In this document: positions 46,833 through 56,349 of the stretch, one piece after another
Position numbering within the stretch: the first letter of the stretch is position 1
How the letters are laid out: every line of letters starts with the position of its first letter
NCBI GenBank assembly: GCA_035933635.1
Contig: DASYYY010000005.1
Location: forward strand, 4-64,003
Direction of reading: 5' to 3'
DNA: 64,000 nt
Source: Thermoplasmata archaeon
GTDB lineage: Archaea; Thermoplasmatota; Thermoplasmata; Lutacidiplasmatales; UBA184
Position numbers and translations under genes: made by a program
Notes under the pieces: model-generated
The model's database searches: none
What the model was told of the DNA's origin: nothing
The model's input: the letters and a program-made list of their open reading frames with translations, nothing else

Positions 46833-47355
46833 GGAGCGCGTCTGGGTCGTTCCCGAATCGCTCCGCGCGACCCTCGCCGAGCGGTACGGACCGGTCTACG
46901 ACGGCGCCGAGGCCGAACGGCGCCTGCGCCACCTCGGAGTGTTTGCGAGCTGCGGTGACCGCGTCACCGCCTCGGCGATCGCGCTGCGCAAGCTCCCTCT
47001 GATCGGGATCGTCGACTACAAGACGCGCCGCAACGAGCCGGTCGACCCGGCCGCGTTCACCGAGCTCGCGGCCCGTCGCAAGGTGCACGTGCGCAATCCG
47101 GCCGGCACGCTCACGGAGGGCCTTCGCAAGGCGGTCAAGCGGCTCGTCCAGGAGGGCGGCGGATTGATCGAGGTCGACGGTGAGGAGGACCTGGGCTCGC
47201 TCGCGCTCGTCGAAGCGCTCCCCGTCGGGGCCACTGTTATATACGGCATCCCGGGTCAGGGCGTCTCCTTCGTGCGCGTCGACGAAGTGGCGAAGGAAAA
47301 TGTCCGCGCGCTGATCGCACAGATGGAACTGCGGAGGGTCGAACTTGGAGCTTAA
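46798..47355 (+). CDS. DUF359 protein (GTP-dependent dephospho-CoA kinase family)
   Basis: Residues 50-185 have DUF359-like conservation (GDRVTASAI...IGIVDYKTRR...IEVDGEEDL). The ATG start overlaps spt4 by 35 nt, so the start is uncertain. Confidence 0.65.
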   Translation: MPRAATRSGSSEERVWVVPESLRATLAERYGPVYDGAEAERRLRHLGVFASCGDRVTASAIALRKLPLIGIVDYKTRRNEPVDPAAFTELAARRKVHVRNPAGTLTEGLRKAVKRLVQEGGGLIEVDGEEDLGSLALVEALPVGATVIYGIPGQGVSFVRVDEVAKENVRALIAQMELRRVELGA

Positions 47356-47905
47356 GATCCTGGAGGAGCGGCCGAACCCGCTCCTGCAACGGACCGAGTA
47401 CCGGTTTGAGGTCACGCATACCGAGGCGGCGACCCCCACCATCGACGCCGTGCGGACCGCGCTTGCCCAGCAGCTCAAGGTCCCCAAGGACCGCCTCGTG
47501 ATCGAGGGGATGCATGCCCGGTTCGGTGCTCCCCAGACCCGCGGCGCCGCACTCGCCTACAAGACCGCCGACGCGGTCAAGGCGGTGAGCCGCGAGCACA
47601 TTCTGATCCGCAACGGCCTGAAGGAGAAGGCCGCCCCCGCCGCGCCGGGCGCCGCCCCGGCGGAGGCTCCCGCCGCGCCGGAGAAGCCCGCGGAGACCAA
47701 GCCGGCCAAGGAGGCCAAGCCCGAACCGGCCGCCAAGCCCGAGAAGGCTGAGAAGGCAGACAAGGGCGAGAAGGCGGACAAGGCCGAGAAGACCGAGAAA
47801 CCACCCAAGGCCGACAAGCACGAGGCTCCGGCCAAGGGTGAGAAGCACGACAAGTCCGACAAGCCGGCCAAGGCCGACAAGCCCGCTGAGAAGAAGGCCG
47901 CGTAG
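47345..47905 (+). CDS. rps24e: Ribosomal protein S24e with an extra Lys/Ala/Pro-rich C-terminal tail of about 85 aa
   Basis: The N-terminal 100 aa ([25 protein letters not shown]...[10 protein letters not shown]) are canonical S24e. The tail [54 protein letters not shown]... is not. Confidence 0.85.
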   Translation: MELKILEERPNPLLQRTEYRFEVTHTEAATPTIDAVRTALAQQLKVPKDRLVIEGMHARFGAPQTRGAALAYKTADAVKAVSREHILIRNGLKEKAAPAAPGAAPAEAPAAPEKPAETKPAKEAKPEPAAKPEKAEKADKGEKADKAEKTEKPPKADKHEAPAKGEKHDKSDKPAKADKPAEKKAA

Positions 47906-47913
47906 GTCGCACC

Positions 47914-48132
47914 ATGGCGAAGGGACGAGTCGGCCTCTACGCGGTCCAGGGCACCACCCTCAGCCGTACCCACAAGTATTGTCCGAAGTGCGGCCCGGGC
48001 ACCTTCCTGGCCGAGCACGCCAACCGCCGTTCGTGCGGGCACTGTGGCTACTCGGAGTCCAAGGCCCCCACGGAAAAGCCCACCGTCAAGCCCCCCAAGG
48101 GGGCCAAGCCCGCCGCCCCGAAACCCGCGTAA
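47914..48132 (+). CDS. rps27ae: Ribosomal protein S27a (zinc-ribbon type) with a short Lys/Pro/Ala tail
   Basis: The motif [24 protein letters not shown] is followed by the tail [23 protein letters not shown]. Confidence 0.85.
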   Translation: MAKGRVGLYAVQGTTLSRTHKYCPKCGPGTFLAEHANRRSCGHCGYSESKAPTEKPTVKPPKGAKPAAPKPA

Positions 48133-48336
48133 GGTCCTTCGCGCGAGCGGCTCGCCGCTATCTCGGGATGCTCCGCCCGGAACGAACGATGGGAGAGGGC
48201 GGTGGCCGGACGTTCGCGTCGGTCCGCCCGAATGCCGGGCACTGACGACCCATCCGCCAGCGGTTGGGTACGCGTCCCCGAACGGAGCGGGGGTGCCCGG
48301 GTCGCCCGGGCGAATCGACGGCGGTAGCCTGCGGTC

Positions 48337-48888
48337 CTATGCCGTGGCCGAGCGCGTCGGTGCGCGGCGACGATCGGGGGGGATGAGCGCCTTCTGCAGC
48401 ACTTCCTGCACGCGCGAGGCCATCACCGGTTTGACGATCACTTCGCTCGCGCCCTGCGCCAGGAGCGACTTCACCCTGGGGTGGTCGGAGTCGTAGGCGG
48501 TGACCACTACGAGGCGAAGGTGCGGGTTGCGCTGGAGCAGGACCTTGGCGAGCTCATCGCCGTCGACCTCGCCCATGCCGCCGCTCGGCGGGGCCACCGG
48601 GGTGGCGGGAGCGGTCGTTGCGGCCGGACGGGCCGGCGAGGTCCTCAGGTCGATGTCCACGAAGACCAGGTCCGGACGCCACTGGGTGAACAGCTGGAGC
48701 GCCTCGGGGGCGCTCGAGGCGAACCGCAGGTCCGGGAGGGTGACCCCGAGCCGGGTCAGCACGCCCTGGAAGACCTTTCGGGCCGAGGCCGAATCGTCGA
48801 TCGCCAGGATGCGGAGGCCCTCGATACTGCGTCCCGCGTCCGCCATTCCGCTCATGTGAGGGCCCATACTCGAATAGGGGGTCATCAT
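48337..48888 (-). CDS. Response regulator receiver protein with an inserted low-complexity loop
   Basis: The REC blocks are LRILAIDDSASARKVF, the phospho-acceptor Asp in LVFVDIDL, and VVVTAY...KP. A Pro/Ala-rich insert of about 25 aa follows the phospho-acceptor Asp. Confidence 0.7.
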   Translation of the reverse strand: MMTPYSSMGPHMSGMADAGRSIEGLRILAIDDSASARKVFQGVLTRLGVTLPDLRFASSAPEALQLFTQWRPDLVFVDIDLRTSPARPAATTAPATPVAPPSGGMGEVDGDELAKVLLQRNPHLRLVVVTAYDSDHPRVKSLLAQGASEVIVKPVMASRVQEVLQKALIPPDRRRAPTRSATA

Positions 48889-49292
48889 TCCATCGGTGCG
48901 GCCGTTGTGCCGGGGGTAGGGCCAAGGAGCTCCCGCACCGTCCGCAAGAGCTCCCGCCGGTCGATCGGCTTGGTGATGTAGCCTGCGCAGCCGGCCTCCC
49001 GGGCCTTCTCCTCGTCCCCCTTCATCGCGAAGGAGGTCACGGCGACGATCGGGATGGAGGTCGTGTCCGACCGCCGCCGCAGCTCACGGGTCAGGGTGTA
49101 GCCGTCCATCCCGGGCAGCCCGATGTCCATCAGGATCAGATCCGGGGGGGACTCCTCGATCCGCTGCTGGGCCTCCACCGCGTCCTGCGCCCCGACGACG
49201 ACGTACCCCTCACCGCGCATGATGACGCTGACGAGCTTGAGGTTCTGCGGATTGTCCTCGACGATGAGGATCCGCGGGGGGGGAGCGGTCAT
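48885..49292 (-). CDS. CheY-like stand-alone response regulator
   Basis: The REC blocks are RILIVEDNPQNL, LILMDIGLPGMDG, PIVAVTSFAMKGDEEK and GYITKPI. Confidence 0.85.
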   Translation of the reverse strand: MTAPPPRILIVEDNPQNLKLVSVIMRGEGYVVVGAQDAVEAQQRIEESPPDLILMDIGLPGMDGYTLTRELRRRSDTTSIPIVAVTSFAMKGDEEKAREAGCAGYITKPIDRRELLRTVRELLGPTPGTTAAPME

Positions 49293-49301
49293 CCCAACGG
49301 C

Positions 49302-52300
49302 CTACGCCGCGGCCGGAGTCGATTCGACCTCGGTATCGGGATGGCCGTTGGTGGAGACCGGCAGGGTGACGGTGATGGACGTGCCCTTGCCGTACTCGCT
49401 CGCGACATCGATCGAGCCGGCGTGCAGCTCGATGAGTCGCTTGGTCAGCGAGAGCCCGAGCCCGCTGCCCTGGAACCGGCGGCCGGGTCCGGCATCGAGC
49501 TGCTCGAACTCACGGAACAGCCGGGGCAGGTCCTCGGGGGCGATCCCGATGCCCGTGTCGACGACGCGGATCTGGAAGTGCCGGTCGCCGTTGCCCAGGA
49601 GGTGGACCTCGACCTTCCCGCCGGCGTCGGTGAACTTCACCGCATTGGAGACAAGGTTGAACAGGATCTGCTTGAACCGCAGCGGGTCCAGCGTCACCGA
49701 CTCCGGCTCGGCGGAGAGCTCGGTGACGAGCGCGATGTGCTTGTCCTCCACCAGCGGCTTGACCACCGAGCAGACCTCGGTCACCGCGCGCTGCGGGGAG
49801 AACGGCTCGGGGGTGAGCTCCATCTTGCCGGCCTCGACCTTGGCCAGATCGAGGACGTCGTTGATCAGCTGCAGGAGATGCTTGCCGCTGTTGAGTATGT
49901 CGTCGAGGTACTCGCGGTGCTCGGCACTGAAGGTCTTGGGGTCCTGGGCGAGGAGGTGGTCGGAGAAACCGATGATGCTGTTCAGCGGCGTGCGGAGCTC
50001 GTGGGACATGTTGGCGAGGAACTCGCTCTTGAGCCGGTTGGCCTCCTGCACCCGCTGGTTCTGGATCTCGAGCTCGCGGTTGCGCTGCTCGAGCTGCAGC
50101 CGCAGACGGTTCTGCTCGGTGACGTCGCGGGCGGCGGCGAACACCCCCTTCAGCCTCCCTTCGGTGTCGCGGAACGTCGCGGCGTTGTAGCTGACCTCGA
50201 TCGTGCGCCCCCCGGGCATGCGCATGGTCAGCTCGAAGTCGGTGACCTTGTCCTCGCTGAGCACCCGGCGGATCCCTTCCTCGGCCTTGTCCGGGTCGGT
50301 GAAGTAGAGCTTGAAGGCCGTGCCGATCAGCTGCTCGCGGGAGAGCCCGGTGAGGACCTCCATCTGGCGGTTGACGTCGGTGATGAGGCCGAGCACGTCG
50401 GTCGTCATCAGCGCGTCGATGTTCGACTCGACGAGGCTGCGGTTGTAGTTCTGCGACTCGCGCAGCTGCGCCTCGAGACGCTTCTGCTCGGTGACGTCCC
50501 GCGCGGCGCCGAGGACGCCGCGGACGTGGCCGGCCATGTCGTAGGCGGTCCCCGCGTTGAACGAGACCGGGATCTTCTGGCCGTTGCGCTTGCGCAGCAG
50601 GAGCTCGTAGTTCGAGACGCTCGTCTCCTCCAGCGCCCGGCGCACCGCGTTCTCGGCGCGGGCGGGGTCGGTGAAGAGCGTGGGGAACTGGCTGCCGATC
50701 AGGTGCTTGCGGGTGAAACCGGAGAGCCGGACCATCTGTTCGTTGACGTCGGTGACGATGAAGTCCGGCGCGACGGTGACCAGGGCGTCGGGGGAGGCCT
50801 CGATGAGGCCCCGGTTGTAGTTCTGGGCTTCGCGCAGCTGCTCTTCGTTGCGCTTCTGCTCGGTAATGTCCCGGGCCGCGCCGAAGATGCCGGCGATGTT
50901 GCCCTCGGCGTCGTGGAAGACCGCCGCGTTGAACGAGACGAGCGTGCGCCGACCGTCCCGGCTGTTGAGGATGAGCTCGTAGTTCGTCACCGAACCCTCG
51001 CGCAGCGTCCGCCGGACGCCGGCGACGGCGCGCTCGGAGTCGGTGAAGTACTGCGGGAACGGACTTCCGAGCAGCGACTCGCGCGAGGCGCCCGAGAGCC
51101 GGACCATCTGCTCATTGACGTCGGTGATCACGAGCTCGGGGTCGACGGTGACGAGGGCATCGGGCGAGGCTTCGATCAGCCCGCGGTTGTAGATCTGCGA
51201 CTCGCGCAACTGCTCTTGCAGCCGCTTCTGTTCGGTGATGTCGCGGGCCGAGGCGAAGATCCCCCGGATGCGGCCTTCGGTGTCGCGGAACACCGAGGCA
51301 TTGAACGAGACCTGGATCAGCCGGCCGTGACGGCTGCGGAGCGTCAGCTCGTAGTTCGTGACGACGCCGTTCTTGAGGGTCTCGCGCACCCCCGCCCCGG
51401 CGCGCGCGGTGTCGGTGAAGTAGTCGGGGAACTGCGAGCCGATCAGCTCCCCGCGCGAGTATCCGGTGACCCGGGCGATCTGCTCGTTGACGTCGGTGAT
51501 GGTTAGGTTCGGGTCGACGGTCAGGAGGCTGTCGACCGAGGCCTCGATCAGGCTGCGGTTGTAGTTCTGTGACTCGCGGAGCTCCAGCTCGAGCTTCTTG
51601 CCCTCCGTCGCGTCCCGGGCGGAGGCGAAGATCCCCTTCAGGGCGCCGTCGGCTCCGAGGAAGGTCGTGGCGTTGAACGAGACTGTGGTCTGGGCGCCGT
51701 CGGCGCTCTGGAGAGCGAGCTCGAAGTTGGTCAACCGCCCCTGCTCGAGCACCCGACGAATGCCGTCCTCGGCGCGCGACGGATCGGTGAAGTAGGCCTT
51801 GAGCGGGGTGCCGATGAGCTTCTCCCGGGTGAGCCCCGAGAGCACCTCCATCTGACGGTTGACGTCGGTGATGATGCCCACGGCGTCGGTGGTGAACAGC
51901 CCGTCGATGCTCGACTCGATCAGCCCCCGGTTGTAGCTCTGCGAGTCGCGCAGCTGCGCTTCGAGCTGCTTCTGCTCGGTGATGTCCCGGGCGGAAGCGA
52001 ACACACCCCGCACGCGACCCTCGACGTCGCGGAAGACCGACGCGCTGAGCGAGACCTGGGTCAGCCGGCCGCTCTTGGAGCGCAGGACAAGCTCGTAGTT
52101 GGTCACCGCCCCCTTGCTCAGCGTCTGGCGCACCCCGGCGGCCGCCCGGTCGGGGTCGGTGAAGTACTGGATGAACGACGAGCCGATGAGCTGCTTACGG
52201 GTGTGGCCGGTGAGCCGGACCATCTGCTCGTTGACGTCGGAGATCTGGAGCGAGGCGTCGACGCTGACCATCGCGTCGGCCGAGGCCTCGATCAGGCCCC

Positions 52301-53894
52301 GGTTGTAGCTCTGGGCCTCGCGGAGCTTCTCCTGGAGCGCCCGCGGCTCGGTGATGTCGCGGGCGGCGGCGAACACTCCCTTGACCCGCCCGTCCGGCCC
52401 GCGGTAGACCGAGACGTTCAACGAGACGATCAACGGACCGCCGGTCCGGGGCTTGAGGACGAGCTCGTAGTCGGTCAGCAACCCCTTGTCGAAGGTCTGC
52501 CGCACGGCGGAGACCGCCCGGTTGGGGTCGGTGAAATAGGTCTTGAACGGGCTGCCGATGAGCTCCTCCCGCCGGAACCCCGTGACCCGGACCATCTGCT
52601 CGTTGACGTCGCTGATGACCATGTCCGAGTCGACGGTGACAAGGGCGTCGGGCGAGGCCTCGATCAGACTGCGATTGTACAGTTGCGACTCCCGCAGCTG
52701 CTCCTGGAGCCGGTTCTGCGCGGTAATGTCCCGCGCGGACGCGAACACCCCCTTGGGACGCCCGCTGACGTCCTTGAACACCGAGGCGTTGAGCGAGACG
52801 ACCTTGTCGGCGCCGATGCGGGGCTTCAGTGTCAGGGCGTAGTCGGTGACGTACCCCTCCTCCATGGTACGGGCGATGCCGGCCATCGCGCGGTCCGGGT
52901 CGGTGAAGTAGTCGGAGAAACGGCTGCCGATCAGTTCCTCGCGGGTGTAGCCTGTCGCCGCCTCCATTTGGCGGTTCAGGTCGGTGACGACGCCCGCCCG
53001 GTCGACGGTGAACAGCGCATCGACCGCCGCCTCGATCAGGCCGCGGTTGTAGTTCTGCGATTCCCGCAGCTCCCCCTCGAGGGCCTTCTGCTCGGTGACG
53101 TCGCGCGCCGCGGCGAATACGCCACGGAGCCGGCCGTCCCGCCCGCGGAAGGTCGTGGCGTTGTAGGAGACGACCTTGGATCCTCCTTGCCGCGATTGCA
53201 CGGTGAGCTCGAAGTTGGTCACCCGGTCCTCGGCCAGCACGCGCCGGATCGCCTCCTCCGCGCGGGAGGGGTCGGTGAAGTAGGTCTTGAACGGGCTGCC
53301 GACGAGGATCTCGCGGGGGCATCCCGTGAACTCCTCCATCTGCCTGTTGACATCGGTGATGATGCCGAGCGTGTCGGTCGTCATCATCGCGTCGATGTTG
53401 GACTCGATGAGCCCGCGGTTGTACTCCTCCGATTCGATGACCTTCTGGTGGAGCTGCTTCTCCTCAGTGATGTCCTTGGAGACGAATAGGTAGCCGAGCG
53501 GCTTGCCGTTCGGGTCCCTCAGGACGGTCAGAACGACCCGGGCGGCGAACCGCTCTCCGTTCTTGCGCAACCGTTCGATGACCCCCTCGTACTTTCCCTG
53601 CTCCAGCGCGACCTTGAACAGGTGCTCGAAGTTCCCGCCCTCGGTGAACTCCGGGGTATTGAGGACGCGGCTGTCCTTGCCGAGCACCTCGTCGGCGGTG
53701 TAGCCGTAGATCCGGTGCGCGCCCTCGTTCCAGAGGAGCACCCGCCCCGTCAGGTCCGAGGCGATGATCGAGTACTCGGTCGAGGATTCGAGGACATTCT
53801 GGAGAAAAGCCCGGTAGTCCGGAATCCCTTCGAACCGTGCTGTGGTGGTCATTCGCCGTTCGGACGGCGGACGGCTGCCCTCCACCGTTACCAC
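49302..53894 (-). CDS. Giant hybrid-architecture sensor histidine kinase with about 10 tandem PAS/PAC domains
   Basis: The 1530-aa protein has ten repeats of roughly 125 aa, each carrying YNRGLIE...TDVNRQME..TG..R..LIGS.F..YFTDP.RA....R.........NYEL.L....G......NA..FRD..GR..GVF.AARDITEQK.LE. These are followed by HisKA (MSHELRTPLNSI) and HATPase_c (FNLVSNAVKF, DTGIGI, GSGLGL). Confidence 0.9.
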   Translation of the reverse strand: MVTVEGSRPPSERRMTTTARFEGIPDYRAFLQNVLESSTEYSIIASDLTGRVLLWNEGAHRIYGYTADEVLGKDSRVLNTPEFTEGGNFEHLFKVALEQGKYEGVIERLRKNGERFAARVVLTVLRDPNGKPLGYLFVSKDITEEKQLHQKVIESEEYNRGLIESNIDAMMTTDTLGIITDVNRQMEEFTGCPREILVGSPFKTYFTDPSRAEEAIRRVLAEDRVTNFELTVQSRQGGSKVVSYNATTFRGRDGRLRGVFAAARDVTEQKALEGELRESQNYNRGLIEAAVDALFTVDRAGVVTDLNRQMEAATGYTREELIGSRFSDYFTDPDRAMAGIARTMEEGYVTDYALTLKPRIGADKVVSLNASVFKDVSGRPKGVFASARDITAQNRLQEQLRESQLYNRSLIEASPDALVTVDSDMVISDVNEQMVRVTGFRREELIGSPFKTYFTDPNRAVSAVRQTFDKGLLTDYELVLKPRTGGPLIVSLNVSVYRGPDGRVKGVFAAARDITEPRALQEKLREAQSYNRGLIEASADAMVSVDASLQISDVNEQMVRLTGHTRKQLIGSSFIQYFTDPDRAAAGVRQTLSKGAVTNYELVLRSKSGRLTQVSLSASVFRDVEGRVRGVFASARDITEQKQLEAQLRDSQSYNRGLIESSIDGLFTTDAVGIITDVNRQMEVLSGLTREKLIGTPLKAYFTDPSRAEDGIRRVLEQGRLTNFELALQSADGAQTTVSFNATTFLGADGALKGIFASARDATEGKKLELELRESQNYNRSLIEASVDSLLTVDPNLTITDVNEQIARVTGYSRGELIGSQFPDYFTDTARAGAGVRETLKNGVVTNYELTLRSRHGRLIQVSFNASVFRDTEGRIRGIFASARDITEQKRLQEQLRESQIYNRGLIEASPDALVTVDPELVITDVNEQMVRLSGASRESLLGSPFPQYFTDSERAVAGVRRTLREGSVTNYELILNSRDGRRTLVSFNAAVFHDAEGNIAGIFGAARDITEQKRNEEQLREAQNYNRGLIEASPDALVTVAPDFIVTDVNEQMVRLSGFTRKHLIGSQFPTLFTDPARAENAVRRALEETSVSNYELLLRKRNGQKIPVSFNAGTAYDMAGHVRGVLGAARDVTEQKRLEAQLRESQNYNRSLVESNIDALMTTDVLGLITDVNRQMEVLTGLSREQLIGTAFKLYFTDPDKAEEGIRRVLSEDKVTDFELTMRMPGGRTIEVSYNAATFRDTEGRLKGVFAAARDVTEQNRLRLQLEQRNRELEIQNQRVQEANRLKSEFLANMSHELRTPLNSIIGFSDHLLAQDPKTFSAEHREYLDDILNSGKHLLQLINDVLDLAKVEAGKMELTPEPFSPQRAVTEVCSVVKPLVEDKHIALVTELSAEPESVTLDPLRFKQILFNLVSNAVKFTDAGGKVEVHLLGNGDRHFQIRVVDTGIGIAPEDLPRLFREFEQLDAGPGRRFQGSGLGLSLTKRLIELHAGSIDVASEYGKGTSITVTLPVSTNGHPDTEVESTPAAA

Positions 53895-54052
53895 CTATCG
53901 ACCTTGGGTGCCGCCTATAAGCCCCGGCCGTGATAGAAAGCTTACGGGCTAACCCAGACGATAGTCCCTGAGGGCCGGGGCTCGGCCCAAACTAACGCCG
54001 CGGCGAACGGAGGGATCTCATCGTCCGGGCATGGGGAACGCCCGAGCGGACG

Positions 54053-54601
54053 CTACCGGCTCGCGGCGAGCTCGGCGACCGGGGTTCCGTCGGTCTCGGG
54101 GACCGACGGTGGCTCGGTGATCCTCAAGAACAGGAAGATCGGTTGCGCGAGCCAGGCCACGGTCCAGCCGCGTTGGGTCAACGAATAGCGGACCCGCGGC
54201 GGGCGCGTGTCGATGATCTCCCGCTGCACCATGCCGTTCTGCTCGAGCTCCTTGAGCTTAAGCGAGAGGACGCGGGGACTGATGCCGGGCATGCTCCGCC
54301 GCAATTCCTCGAAGCCTACCGAGGGAACGGCGTGGAGGGCGAGGAGCACGTCCGCCGACCACTTGCCGAAGATCGAGCGCACGATCTTGAGGTCGGCCTG
54401 GGCCACGGCCGCAGGATCCGTGCTGGGTCCCAGGAGGTCGTTCACGCGCTCGACGAGCCGGACGGCCGACTCGCGGAAATCCGAGAAGCTCCGCTCGATA
54501 TCGTCCTCGGGCGAGGCCGCGCGTGCCGGAGCACTGCGGGGGGTACGTGCCGGCGATGCACTTGAGCTCGGCATGGCACAACTCGAAGCGTACGATGCCA
54601 T
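54053..54601 (-). CDS. HxlR-family winged-helix transcriptional regulator with an N-terminal low-complexity extension
   Basis: The HxlR signature is SIFGKWSADVLLALHAVPSVGFEELRRSMPGISPRVLSLKLKELEQNGMVQREI...PPRVRYSLTQRG. The start was taken at the first ATG (54601). The next ATG, 24 nt downstream, is an alternative. Confidence 0.65.
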   Translation of the reverse strand: MASYASSCAMPSSSASPARTPRSAPARAASPEDDIERSFSDFRESAVRLVERVNDLLGPSTDPAAVAQADLKIVRSIFGKWSADVLLALHAVPSVGFEELRRSMPGISPRVLSLKLKELEQNGMVQREIIDTRPPRVRYSLTQRGWTVAWLAQPIFLFLRITEPPSVPETDGTPVAELAASR

Positions 54602-54861
54602 CCATGGGTTATAATTCGGCACTAATGAAACGGTAAGCGAACCCGGGTCTCTCCACGCCGAGACCGCAGTGCTCCGAGCGGCCCCGCTCGGGACGGATGG
54701 AATCTCGACCTCATTCCCATCGAGCCATCCCTCTGAGTTGAGTTCGGCTCGCGGAGGCCGAGTCTCCCGGGGATTCTTGGCACCCATCTCCCACCGATGA
54801 GTCATCGGATTACGGGCGTAATAGGGTCGGTTCTTAATCCGGTTCACGGATAAATCGCCCG

Positions 54862-56349
54862 ATGTCCCGGGTTCAGCACGGATCGCCGCTAGAAGCGGTC
54901 CCCGAGAGTGCGCTCATGGAGTTCAACGAGACGACCGGTGACAATGTGGTCGCCACTCCGCCACGGCGAGGTCCACCGCGATCGCCGCGCTTGGTCTTGC
55001 TGCCCACGTTGAACGAGGAGGAAGGGCTCGGTCCGACGCTGACCGAGCTCCATCGCGTCGCGTTCGGGGGCTCCGATACGCTTCCGGGAGTGCTCGTCGT
55101 GGACGGCCGGTCCACGGACCGGACGATCGCCATCGCGGAGGAATATGGTGTACCCGTGCTCGTTCAACAGGGACGCGGCAAGGGCGCCGCGATCCGCGAA
55201 GGGCTCACCGCGGCAAGGGCGCAGGGCTATCGCAGCGTCGCGGTGATGGACGCCGACAACACCTATCCGGCGAGCTCGCTCCCCGCGCTGTTCGAACTGC
55301 TCGACCTCGGCGCCGACCTCGTCATCGGGATGCGCCGGCCCGAGCGCCCCGCCGCCGCCACGCTCCGTGATGTGGTCCACCGCGTCGGGAATGGGATCCT
55401 CAATTACGCCGCGGCGCAGGCGAGTGGCCAGCCGCTGCTCGATGTCTGCAGCGGTTTCTGGGGCGTCCGGCTCGAAAGTATGGAAGGCGTCCCACTCGAG
55501 TCCGAGGGTTTCGAGGTCGAGTCGGAACTGTTCCTCAAGAGCTTCCGGGCCGGCCTGCAGGTCGTCCAGCTTCCGATCGGCTACCGGACCCGGGCCGGCG
55601 AGGCCAAGCTGCGCGCTTTCCACGACGGGAGCCGGATCCTGCTCTCGATCCTCCGGAACTCGGTTCGGCCGATCGGTCACTCCGGTCGCCCGCCGGCCGG
55701 AGCCGTCGGACGGGCCAATGTCCAGGTCCCGTTCTCGAGCCTCCAGCGTACGCTCCTCGGGCTGAACCCCGACCGGCTCGTGGTCCTGTCCGCTCCGGAT
55801 CGCTTCGCCGAGGCCGAGCTCCTCGCCGCCCGTTACGGGGCAGGGTCACCCGATACCGAGGTGATCACCGCCATGATTGCACCGGAAGCCTCCGAGGGCC
55901 CTGACCGGACCTCCCACCTCTTGTCCGAATCCGCCGGCTACGCCTCGACGGTCGTCGTGCTGTTCCCTCAGTCCTCGATCGGAGCCGAACCCGGCGCCCA
56001 TTCCCTGATCGGCATCCCGCGCTCCCAGCGGATCATCGAGGTCCCGCACGAACAGGTCGGGGAGGGTACAAATGCCGCCGACCCCAGGCCGGCGCCGCGG
56101 CACGATGGCCTGCGCAGCGAGCGGGTACGCCTCGGATATCGCGGCGCCTGGTTCATCCTCGGCGCCACACTCGAACCGTCGTGGGTGACCCGCGAGCTGG
56201 CCTTGCTCCAGGCGAACCCGACCGGCAGCTCGCTGCGCGTGTTCCGCCGGGATGCGCCGCCGTCGGCGCGGCTGGAGCGGGTCGGCCGGTGGACCTGGTC
56301 GGCGCTCCAGCGCGCGCTGTCCGCGAATACCGAAGCCACAGGCTCATGA
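54862..56349 (+). CDS. Family 2 glycosyltransferase (Dpm1-like) with a C-terminal domain of about 250 aa and unknown function
   Basis: The N-terminal part PRLVLLPTLNEEEGL...VVDGRSTDRT...AVMDADNTYP is GT2 with a DAD motif. The C-terminal half has no recognisable motif. Confidence 0.75.
   Translation: MSRVQHGSPLEAVPESALMEFNETTGDNVVATPPRRGPPRSPRLVLLPTLNEEEGLGPTLTELHRVAFGGSDTLPGVLVVDGRSTDRTIAIAEEYGVPVLVQQGRGKGAAIREGLTAARAQGYRSVAVMDADNTYPASSLPALFELLDLGADLVIGMRRPERPAAATLRDVVHRVGNGILNYAAAQASGQPLLDVCSGFWGVRLESMEGVPLESEGFEVESELFLKSFRAGLQVVQLPIGYRTRAGEAKLRAFHDGSRILLSILRNSVRPIGHSGRPPAGAVGRANVQVPFSSLQRTLLGLNPDRLVVLSAPDRFAEAELLAARYGAGSPDTEVITAMIAPEASEGPDRTSHLLSESAGYASTVVVLFPQSSIGAEPGAHSLIGIPRSQRIIEVPHEQVGEGTNAADPRPAPRHDGLRSERVRLGYRGAWFILGATLEPSWVTRELALLQANPTGSSLRVFRRDAPPSARLERVGRWTWSALQRALSANTEATGS

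Noticed and set aside
47640-47905. Short tandem GAGAAGGC/GACAAGGCC repeats that could be a microsatellite or non-coding repeat.
   Set aside because: They are in frame with S24e and encode the K/A/E/D-rich tail, ending at a stop just before S27a. They are treated as coding low-complexity sequence, flagged for a frameshift check.
49302-53894. A possible CRISPR-like or tandem DNA repeat array suggested by strong DNA-level periodicity.
   Set aside because: The periodicity is about 375 nt and lies inside one continuous ORF encoding PAS repeats. There are no short direct repeats separated by unique spacers and no cas genes.
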